Assembly (NCBI GenBank): GCA_903873945.1
Contig: CAIQQM010000291.1
Location: 20,386 to 84,385 of the forward strand
Direction of reading: 5' to 3'
DNA from: an uncultured Verrucomicrobiota bacterium
GTDB lineage: Bacteria > Verrucomicrobiota > Verrucomicrobiia > Limisphaerales > UBA8199
DNA length: 64,000 bases
Below, piece after piece: positions 57,282 to 64,000 of this stretch. The notes under the pieces were generated by a model, which saw nothing but the letters and a program-made list of their open reading frames with translations, ran no database searches and had not been told where the DNA came from. The translations under genes and the position numbers were made by a program. The first letter of the stretch is position 1. Each line of letters starts with the position of its first letter.

Positions 57282-58529
57282 ATGAATACTTTGTTCCCCG
57301 ATATTATTGATTCAACAAGCTCCCCTTCCGACGCTTTGCCCTCGGTTAACCGGCCGGCAGCACCGGCTTCAACACCTGAGAACTTTCTTTCCTTGAATTA
57401 TCCCCTGCGGCCCGCCTGGGTTGAAATCGACCTGAACAAACTCAAACGGAACTTTGAGCTCATTCATCGGGACAAGCCGAAAGGCTTGCAAGTTGTTTCC
57501 GTGGTAAAGGATGAAGGGTATGGCCATGGCGCATTGGCCGTGGCCAGGACCGCTTTGGCTTGTGGCGCCAGCTTTCTTGCAATAAGCACCGTCGAAGAGG
57601 CCATGGCTTTGCGGGACCGGGGCATCCCCACACGCTTGCTGTTGCTTGGCGACCGCCAGGAGGCAGAGTTCCCCTGGTGCCTCGCCCACGATCTGACCTG
57701 TTGTGTCAGTGAGCCGCAATCAATCGCAAAACTCGGCCAACTGGCCGCCCGCGCCGGCAAACGGATCCCGGTCCATCTCAAGATTAACACGGGCATGAAC
57801 CGCTACGGCGTGCGTTGGGATGAGGTCGCCTCTCTCGTTGATCTGATCGCTTCGACCAAATCACTCTTCCTCGAGGGCGCGCTAAGCCACTTTGCGCAAT
57901 CCGACGAGACGGACAAGACTTTCGCTTTACTGCAACTGGCTCATTTTAACGAAGCGCTCGACATCATTTCTGAGCGGGGTTGCTCGCTGAAACTCAGGCA
58001 CTTGTGCAACAGCGGCGGTTTTCTCGATCTCCCCCAAGCCCATTTCGACATGGTTCGGCTCGGCATCCTGCCACTGGGCGTCTTTCCTTCTTCGGTTTGC
58101 CGCCGCATCCCGGGCATAGAACCTGTCATGTCGGTTAAAGCTCGCATTGCCGCCATTCAAAACCTCCAACCCGGCGATACCGTCGGCTACGGAATGCGCT
58201 TTAAGGCCGAATCTCCGCGACGTATCGCGGTTTTGCCGATTGGTTACGGGGACAGCTTCCCGCGCGTCCGCAACCAGGGTTGCGCGCTCATCCACGGCCG
58301 CCGGGCTCCCCTGGTTGGCGGTGTTGCCATGGACGCGATCACCGTGGACATCACCGACATTCCCACCGCCCAATTGTGGGACGAGGCCGTCATTATGGGC
58401 CGGCAAGGCGCAGAGGAAATTACCGTGCACGAGGTTGCGCGGCTGAAGAACTCGGTTTCGTACGATATCCTCGTCGGTTGGCGCACCCGGTTGCCTCGCC
58501 TCTACGTCGGCCAGGATGTTCTCCCATGA
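57282..58529 (+). CDS. alr: alanine racemase
   Basis: RPAWVEIDL, VVKDEGYGHGA (PLP Lys), and YGDSFPR/HGRRAPLVGGVAMD. There is an ~40-aa N-terminal extension. An in-frame TTG at 57393 (MNYPLRPAW...) is an alternative start. Confidence 0.9.
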   Translation: MNTLFPDIIDSTSSPSDALPSVNRPAAPASTPENFLSLNYPLRPAWVEIDLNKLKRNFELIHRDKPKGLQVVSVVKDEGYGHGALAVARTALACGASFLAISTVEEAMALRDRGIPTRLLLLGDRQEAEFPWCLAHDLTCCVSEPQSIAKLGQLAARAGKRIPVHLKINTGMNRYGVRWDEVASLVDLIASTKSLFLEGALSHFAQSDETDKTFALLQLAHFNEALDIISERGCSLKLRHLCNSGGFLDLPQAHFDMVRLGILPLGVFPSSVCRRIPGIEPVMSVKARIAAIQNLQPGDTVGYGMRFKAESPRRIAVLPIGYGDSFPRVRNQGCALIHGRRAPLVGGVAMDAITVDITDIPTAQLWDEAVIMGRQGAEEITVHEVARLKNSVSYDILVGWRTRLPRLYVGQDVLP

Positions 58530-59329
58530 AACTGCTTTTCTCCGAAACCAAAGCTGATTATGGACATTATATTTTCCCCTATGCTATCTGGGCGTTTCCC
58601 GAGGCGGGGGAAAAACCGGGTGATCTCTTCAATCAAGGATTCCTCCCCTCATCCCGTGATCTTGACCGGTTTTATCTTTGCCGCCAGGTGCGGGTTTCCC
58701 TGAAACGGCATCGCCTCTCTTCGGAAAACCGGCGCATCTTGCGCAAGGGCGCCGGGATTACCGCCACGCTGGTTCCGCGCGCGGAATTCGATTTTACTCC
58801 ACAACGCCGCGAGTTTTATAAGACCTACGCGGACATCAAATTCGGTAAGGACGTCATGTCCTATGAGCGGCTCGATGCGTTGTTCGGGGGGAAAATCACG
58901 TCGCATTTGCTCATGTTCACCGACACCCGTTCCGGCGCCGAGGTGGGCACAGTCACGCTCTACCTCGAGCCCAACTCGCTGGCCTATTATTATTACGCCT
59001 TTTACGACCTTAACTACTACAGCCGAAATCTCGGCATGTTCATGATGACTTCAGCGATCTCGTTCTTCGCCGAGCGCAAGTTCAACTTTCTTTATCTCGG
59101 CTCCTGCTACCTGAAGAACGCCCTCTACAAAACCCAATTCGTTGGCGCCGAGTTTTTCAATGGCGTATGCTGGTCCGCGAATCTTGAAGAATTGAAGTAC
59201 CTCATCCGCCGGGATCGGCACGAACTGCGCCAGCATTTGCTCGAGACCGACGAGTACCGGGAGGCTTTTTACGACGGCGATCTCGCGCCGCTCGTTTCCA
59301 GCAGCGCCTTTCGCGTGCATATCAAGTGA
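58526..59329 (+). CDS. Bpt/ATE-like aminoacyl-tRNA-protein transferase homolog
   Basis: ATGA overlap with the alr stop. NQGFLPSSRDLDRFYLCRQVRVSLKRHRLSSENRRILRKG parallels GFRRSG...C..C...R.....F..S.S.RR. LAYYYYAFYD...SRNLGMFMMTSAISFFAERKFNFLYLGSCY...LYKTQF parallels the ATE_C core. Confidence 0.65.
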   Translation: MKLLFSETKADYGHYIFPYAIWAFPEAGEKPGDLFNQGFLPSSRDLDRFYLCRQVRVSLKRHRLSSENRRILRKGAGITATLVPRAEFDFTPQRREFYKTYADIKFGKDVMSYERLDALFGGKITSHLLMFTDTRSGAEVGTVTLYLEPNSLAYYYYAFYDLNYYSRNLGMFMMTSAISFFAERKFNFLYLGSCYLKNALYKTQFVGAEFFNGVCWSANLEELKYLIRRDRHELRQHLLETDEYREAFYDGDLAPLVSSSAFRVHIK

Positions 59330-59339
59330 GCTTCGGCCA

Positions 59340-60476
59340 TCAACACTTCTGCAGCGTCCCGTCTCTCTGAAGCCGCATCTTCTGCCCGCGCCATTCGATG
59401 TGATTGCCACCGAATGCCGCCACCCAAATAGCCGTTTGCAGCAGGTCCTTGATCGGCACGAGCCATGAGTAAAGATAGTGGTTTCGCGCTCCGGTCAACT
59501 TTTGCTGCAAGTGCGCCGCGGTGGCCATGCGCAGCCCCAGGCAACCCAGACAGAATACCAGCACAAGTCCCGAGGGATTTACAGCAAGCCAGAGCACCGG
59601 CCAAAGGGTAGCGTTGCTCAAAATGCTGAAAAAATACGGCGCCGGCTGGCAGACCCGGATCGTACGCGCCCACCGGAGCTGATGGGTCCACACCGCAGAC
59701 CAGTCCATAGGCTCCGACCAGCATTCCACAACCACCGGCGACAGAGCGATTCGCTGCCCGCCGCGCACAATTCGGTTCCCCAACTGGTAATCGTCAGCCA
59801 GACAATTCATCAGCGCCGCGAAACCGCCAATCTTCTCAAGCTGCTCACGCCGCACCGCCATCACCGCGCCCAGGGCAAAATCCATCGGCTTAAGGCTATT
59901 AGCCTGCAACACCTGGCTCCAAAAATCCGCGTTGATGGCCACCGCTTCCCACTGCATCGCCAGAGTGGTGGGGTTGGCCAGCCGATAGAAGCAATTCACC
60001 AGACCTGTTTCCTGGTTGCGCAGCGGCGCGACCACATTCGCCAGGAAATCCGGCGTCACCCGGACATCCGCATCGCTGACGATCAGGATGTCATGCCTTG
60101 CCGCCCGGGCCAGCTCCACCAGTTTCGAAACCTTGGAATTCGCGCCCGGCGGAGGCCCGCACACAATTAATTCCGCGTCAATTCCCGGATTTTCCCGAAG
60201 AAGGTTGCGGACGGTTTCGCAAACCGGGTCTGCCGCCGAAGCGACACCGAAAAGAATCTGCAGCGGCCCGGGGTAGTTCTGGGCGAACCAGCTTCTCAAG
60301 CACGCTTCGGCATGAGCATCATGTCCCTTCAGCGGCTTGAGCAACGTGACCGCCGGCGCGAATGAATGCGTGCCCGCGCGCTCATGCAAAGGAAAGCGCC
60401 GCGCGACAAACCATTGCCACAGCATCAGGACCAGGCTCAAGACCGCCAAAAAACCGAGGATTGCACTCAAGAACAC
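59340..60476 (-). CDS. glycosyltransferase family 21-like (ceramide glucosyltransferase / HpnI-like)
   Basis: N-terminal TM, then VTLLKPLKGHD...LQILFGVASAADP...NSKVSKL...ILIVSDADVRV...QLRWARTIR, and C-terminal TMs. GTG start at 60476 with AAGGA 8-12 nt upstream. The rest of the 644-aa ORF was rejected. Confidence 0.7.
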   Translation of the reverse strand: MFLSAILGFLAVLSLVLMLWQWFVARRFPLHERAGTHSFAPAVTLLKPLKGHDAHAEACLRSWFAQNYPGPLQILFGVASAADPVCETVRNLLRENPGIDAELIVCGPPPGANSKVSKLVELARAARHDILIVSDADVRVTPDFLANVVAPLRNQETGLVNCFYRLANPTTLAMQWEAVAINADFWSQVLQANSLKPMDFALGAVMAVRREQLEKIGGFAALMNCLADDYQLGNRIVRGGQRIALSPVVVECWSEPMDWSAVWTHQLRWARTIRVCQPAPYFFSILSNATLWPVLWLAVNPSGLVLVFCLGCLGLRMATAAHLQQKLTGARNHYLYSWLVPIKDLLQTAIWVAAFGGNHIEWRGQKMRLQRDGTLQKC

Positions 60477-60587
60477 GTCCGGTTCCTTAACAGAGAGCGC
60501 CTCCGCCGCAAGCGGATTCTGCGGGCCAATTTTCCCGGAGCGGATTTTGCTCGCCGCTGGTTCCGCCGGTTGTATAGGTTCCTTTCG

Positions 60588-61937
60588 ATGCTCAATTACA
60601 TTTGGCTTGGGCTGATTTTGCTGGCCGTCATCATCGGCGGCTGCACCGACAATCTCAAGGCGGTGGCCGACCAGAGCTTCGAGATGGCGAAGTTTGCCGT
60701 GCTGAATACGGCCTTTCCGCTCATCGGCATCATGACGCTCTGGCTGGGAGTGATGCGGCTGGCCGAGTGCTCCGGGATGGTGACTTTGCTGGCGCGCGCA
60801 TTGCGGCCGCTCCTGCGCCGCCTCTTTCCGGATGTCCCCGCCGAACACCCGGCCATGGGCTCCATGCTGATGAATGTCGCGGCCAATATGCTCGGGCTTG
60901 GCAACGCCGCCACCCCGCTCGGGCTTCGCGCCATGAAAGATCTTGAATCCCTCAATCCGCGGCCCGGCACGGCCACTAACGCGATGTGCACCTTCCTTGC
61001 CATCAACACCAGTTCGGTGCAACTCATCCCCGTCACCGCCATCGCCATCCTCGTCGCAAACCGGTCCGCGAATCCCACCGCCATCGTCGGCACCGCGCTG
61101 GTTGCGACAGTCTGCGCCGCTGTCTCGGGCGTCACCATGGCGAAACTCCTTTCGCGCCTGCCCGTGTTCCGGCTGCCGCCAAAACCCCTCGCGACGCCTG
61201 CTCCCCAGGACGGAAACCCCCTGGCAACCGGGCCGGAAACCTCCTTTCCTTTGAAAAACGCCGCCGGCCTCCAACCGCTAAAGTGGTGGGGCGCCGCCTC
61301 GCTTGGCGTTCTTGGTTTGTTTTTCTTCTGGTTCTTCCTGCGATCGGCATTTCCTGCAATTCTCGGAATCGAAATGCCGCAAGAGGCCACCGGGCAAAAC
61401 GCCTTCGTGCGAATCGTGGCTGCCATTTCGAAGCTCCTCATCCCTTTGCTCCTCGCCATTGTCCCGCTCTACGCGGCGCTACGGCGGGTGAGTGTTTATG
61501 AAGAGTTCGTGGAAGGCGCCAAGGAAGGATTCAACGTCGCAATTCGCATCATCCCGTACCTGGTCGCCATTCTTGTGGCAATCGGAATGTTCCGCGCCGC
61601 CGGAGGCATCGACTGGCTGAGCCACGTACTCGCCCCCGTGCTGGCGGCGGTTGGCTTCCCGCCCGAGTTGCTGCCGCTGGCGCTGATGCGGCCGCTAAGC
61701 GGCAGCGGTTCGCTGGGTCTGTTCGCCGAGTTGGTCAAACAATGTGGCCCCGACAGCCTTATCAGCCGGATGGCTGGCACGCTTTACGGCAGCACCGAGA
61801 CCACTTTCTATGTCCTCGCCGTCTACTTCGGGGCGGTGGGCATTAAGAAAACCCGTTATGCCGTTTTGGCCGGCTTGACAGCGGATTTGGTCGGCATCGC
61901 CGCCTCAGTGATGGTTTGCCGGCTGGTCTTCGGGTAA
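60588..61937 (+). CDS. fused SpmA/SpmB-like nucleoside-recognition (Gate) domain membrane protein
   Basis: MLNYIWLGLILLAVIIGG... and NVAANMLGLGNAATPLGLRAM are SpmA-like. A Pro-rich linker follows, then a second Gate-like half (...LMRPLSGSGSLGLFAEL...). ATG at 60588. Confidence 0.7.
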   Translation: MLNYIWLGLILLAVIIGGCTDNLKAVADQSFEMAKFAVLNTAFPLIGIMTLWLGVMRLAECSGMVTLLARALRPLLRRLFPDVPAEHPAMGSMLMNVAANMLGLGNAATPLGLRAMKDLESLNPRPGTATNAMCTFLAINTSSVQLIPVTAIAILVANRSANPTAIVGTALVATVCAAVSGVTMAKLLSRLPVFRLPPKPLATPAPQDGNPLATGPETSFPLKNAAGLQPLKWWGAASLGVLGLFFFWFFLRSAFPAILGIEMPQEATGQNAFVRIVAAISKLLIPLLLAIVPLYAALRRVSVYEEFVEGAKEGFNVAIRIIPYLVAILVAIGMFRAAGGIDWLSHVLAPVLAAVGFPPELLPLALMRPLSGSGSLGLFAELVKQCGPDSLISRMAGTLYGSTETTFYVLAVYFGAVGIKKTRYAVLAGLTADLVGIAASVMVCRLVFG

Positions 61938-61964
61938 GGGAGGCCCGCTATTGAGAGGAATCTG

Positions 61965-62189
61965 CTAGCGGCCTGCCAACTGGCGGCTCTTGCGCCATTT
62001 TGAACGATGTCGGATGATCCAATCGGTCAATGCCCGCTCAAATCCAATGTCATGCCCTGCCTTTTCCGATTCAATCCATTTGTGCTTCAGGATCTCTTCT
62101 CGTTCGGCTTGAAATTCCCGATAAAGCGAGGAGTTCTTTAGCAAATCGTTCGCCACGACCGGCGCTTTTGTTTCTTCAGACATAATCAC
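61965..62189 (-). CDS. small conserved-looking hypothetical protein (74 aa)
   Basis: ORF with the motif KHKWIESEKAGHDIGFERALTDW. I believe this recurs in small bacterial proteins of unknown function, but I cannot name the family. Confidence 0.45.
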   Translation of the reverse strand: MIMSEETKAPVVANDLLKNSSLYREFQAEREEILKHKWIESEKAGHDIGFERALTDWIIRHRSKWRKSRQLAGR

Positions 62190-62356
62190 GAATTCAAATT
62201 GCTAAGGGCCGCAATCTATAAGGGAATCCTGGAAAAATACAATCCTCTTTTGCGTTTTCCTCGTGGGTGGATTTTTCGTGTTTGAAGCTCGATTTTCCAT
62301 TCCCATCTTCTGCCATCGCCAAAAATTTAGCACAAAAAAGGCCCGCGCGCCAGCAA

Positions 62357-63409
62357 CTAGCGGAAGCGCTCGCGCAATACCTCGGCTATCCTGATGAATG
62401 ATTGCCCCGCCGCAGTTTGGGCAGCCGACACCACTATGGGAACGCCCCGATCTCCCGCTTCCCTGATTTCAACAAAAATGGGCACCTCCCCGAGAAATAG
62501 GACCTTTTGGCGCCCAGCCTCTTCCCGCCCACCGCCGTGGCCGAAAATTTCCACGCGCTCGCCGGATGGGCTCGTGTAAAAACTCATGTTTTCCACAATG
62601 CCGAGTATCGGGACGTTGACCTTCCGGAACATGGCGATACCCTTACGCACGACGCCGAGCGACGCCTCCTGCGGAGTCGTCACGATGACGCCGCCATCCA
62701 GCGGAACCGTTTGGCAGAGGGATAGCTGGGCATCGCCCGTGCCCGGCGGCAGGTCCACCAGCAAAACATCCAACTCGCCCCATTCCACCGCGGTGACGAA
62801 TTGCTGGATGGTTTTCATAATCATCGGGCCGCGCCAGATGACCGGCTGGTCGCCTTCGAGCAAGAAACCCATGCTCATCAACTTCACGCCGTGCTTCGAC
62901 GGCGGAATCATCTTATCCTTGCCGCTGATCGCGGGCTTCTCGTTCACACCCATCATCAACGGAACGGTCGGCCCGTAAATGTCGCAATCCAACAGGCCCA
63001 CCTTCGCCCCGAGAAGCTGCAGTCCGCAGGCCAGGTTGACGGAAACGGTAGACTTGCCGACGCCCCCTTTTCCGCTGGCAACCGCAACGACCCAGCGGAT
63101 TCCTGGAATCGCGGTCTGATTCGACCAGGGACTTTGCGGAGAGCTTGCTGGCGGCGTGGCCTGTTGATTCACCTCCACATAAACCGCATTCACCTTCGGC
63201 AACGCCTTCAGCACCTTTTCGCTTTCGGATTTGATCTGCGCCGCAGCCTCGGGATTATGGGATGTCAACTGCAATGACACGCTGATCGCGCCATCTTTCA
63301 CGATGATTTGCTTGACCAAGCCAAAGGAAACGACGTCGCGGCTGTAGCCGGGATATTTTACCGCTTTCAACGCGTTCCTGACATCATCTTCAGTGAGCAT
63401 GTTCTCCAT
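62357..63409 (-). CDS. apbC: Mrp/NBP35/ApbC-family Fe-S cluster carrier ATPase with N-terminal DUF59/MIP18 domain
   Basis: The N-terminus LTEDDVRNALKAVKYPGYSRDVVSFGLV is DUF59-like. Deviant Walker A VASGKGGVGKSTVSVNLA, plus DLPPGTGD and VENMSFY. Confidence 0.9.
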   Translation of the reverse strand: MENMLTEDDVRNALKAVKYPGYSRDVVSFGLVKQIIVKDGAISVSLQLTSHNPEAAAQIKSESEKVLKALPKVNAVYVEVNQQATPPASSPQSPWSNQTAIPGIRWVVAVASGKGGVGKSTVSVNLACGLQLLGAKVGLLDCDIYGPTVPLMMGVNEKPAISGKDKMIPPSKHGVKLMSMGFLLEGDQPVIWRGPMIMKTIQQFVTAVEWGELDVLLVDLPPGTGDAQLSLCQTVPLDGGVIVTTPQEASLGVVRKGIAMFRKVNVPILGIVENMSFYTSPSGERVEIFGHGGGREEAGRQKVLFLGEVPIFVEIREAGDRGVPIVVSAAQTAAGQSFIRIAEVLRERFR

Positions 63410-63573
63410 AATCAGTCTTCATTCCCCGGTGTCAATCTCAGGCCGATTCTCCCCGCCGCCGTGGATACCTAACCAGCGCCGTAGACGTGACATCTTCGGC
63501 TCATGGCCAACACTTTCCGCGGCTTGACTTTCAACCCGGTTCAAGTCGATCGGAAAATGAACTTCCGGCAGAA

Positions 63574-64000
63574 CTATCTGGTGGAAATTTTCCGTTCGAT
63601 TTCCCGAACCAGGAGCATGTTTTGGCCGTTCTGCGGTTCGAGCTGTTGCAATCTTATGGCGCAGCGGAGCGCTGTTTGAAAATCTTCGGTCTTCCACGCC
63701 AGCCTGATGCAGCCGCGGAGAGCGTTAGCGTTGGCAGGCTCGAGGCGAAGCGCGGCGTCGAACACTTCGCGGGCCTCCATGTTCTGGTTGTTTTCCGCGA
63801 GCACAGTTCCGAGATTGACCTGGTATTGCGCGGACCCGGGGTTCCGATGCACCGCCCATGCAAGGAGTTCTATCGCTTCGGGAAACTGGCCCATCGCAGC
63901 GCGGGTTAATCCCAGTGCTGAGGCAACAACCTCGTTGGTTGGGAATAAACGATGCGCCTCAGTAAGGGTTTGGAGGGCGGGAGCAGCGTCATCATAGGAA
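63574..64000 (-). CDS. TPR-repeat protein, C-terminal part (5' end outside window)
   Basis: The frame stays open to base 64000. It shows a repeated TPR-like A/L/Y/N pattern (AIELLAWAVHRNPGSAQYQVNLGTVLAENNQNMEAREVFDAALRLEPANANAL). Confidence 0.7.
   Translation of the reverse strand, partial: SYDDAAPALQTLTEAHRLFPTNEVVASALGLTRAAMGQFPEAIELLAWAVHRNPGSAQYQVNLGTVLAENNQNMEAREVFDAALRLEPANANALRGCIRLAWKTEDFQTALRCAIRLQQLEPQNGQNMLLVREIERKISTR

Noticed and set aside
60477-61274. N-terminal 266 codons of the 644-aa minus-strand ORF, upstream of the GT21 domain.
   Set aside because: The translation is Gly/Arg/His/Pro-rich and low-complexity, and it overlaps the well-supported plus-strand SpmA/B-like gene. 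The GT21 domain has its own TM helix, an in-frame GTG at 60476 and an AAGGA ribosome-binding-like motif.
62334-62353. GC-rich block followed by T6 on the minus strand, right after the apbC/mrp stop. Possible terminator.
   Set aside because: The best stem I can draw is only about 3-4 bp, which is too weak to report as a terminator.
1-64000. Mobile elements, CRISPR arrays, tandem or dispersed repeats, integrases, and toxin-antitoxin pairs.
   Set aside because: Reading both strands, I saw no repeat-spacer periodicity, no transposase, integrase or recombinase motifs, no terminal inverted repeats, and no small paired ORFs resembling TA modules. A computational repeat search (self dot-plot) would be needed to exclude short dispersed repeats.

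Overview
Gene-dense, GC-rich chromosomal window with about 58 protein-coding genes. I found no rRNA, tRNA, CRISPR array, transposase, integrase or prophage signature by eye. All family calls come from motif and architecture recognition in the supplied translations; no database search was run. The gene content suggests a PVC-superphylum (Verrucomicrobiota-like) genome: futalosine-type radical SAM enzyme, SpeA, DUF1080, ExeA-like ATPase with a CPBP protease, and many GT2/GT9 genes. That placement is inference only. The backbone is housekeeping: hisD 3' end, trpC, prfB with its classical +1 frameshift, ubiE/menG, speA, fur-sufBC, lptF/G, alr, apbC/mrp, an NfeD-stomatin pair and an SNF2 helicase. 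The centre, about 22.4-46.1 kb, is a large envelope-glycan island. It has heptose-pathway genes (hldC-like, two GT9, gmhA-like, gmhB-like further upstream), five GT2-type transferases, a Wzx-like flippase, a YfhO-like polytopic protein, a sugar C-methyltransferase and a decayed rmlD. The most unusual part is a tightly packed ten-gene minus-strand operon (36233 down to 25407). It combines a reversed-order nucleotidyltransferase-kinase, an SDR, a stand-alone ThDP E1alpha/E1beta pair, two DegT aminotransferases, an unassignable 360-aa protein, a radical SAM/SPASM enzyme translationally coupled to that protein, a GT2 and a GmhA-like isomerase. I cannot map this combination to any characterised sugar pathway. 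A second candidate is a divergent PurD-like ATP-grasp gene followed by alr, which overlaps (ATGA) a Bpt/ATE-like aminoacyl-tRNA transferase homolog. Smaller oddities are an RluA-methyltransferase fusion, a GmhB-like protein with Glu in place of the nucleophile Asp, and an ExeA/GspB-like/CPBP trio.
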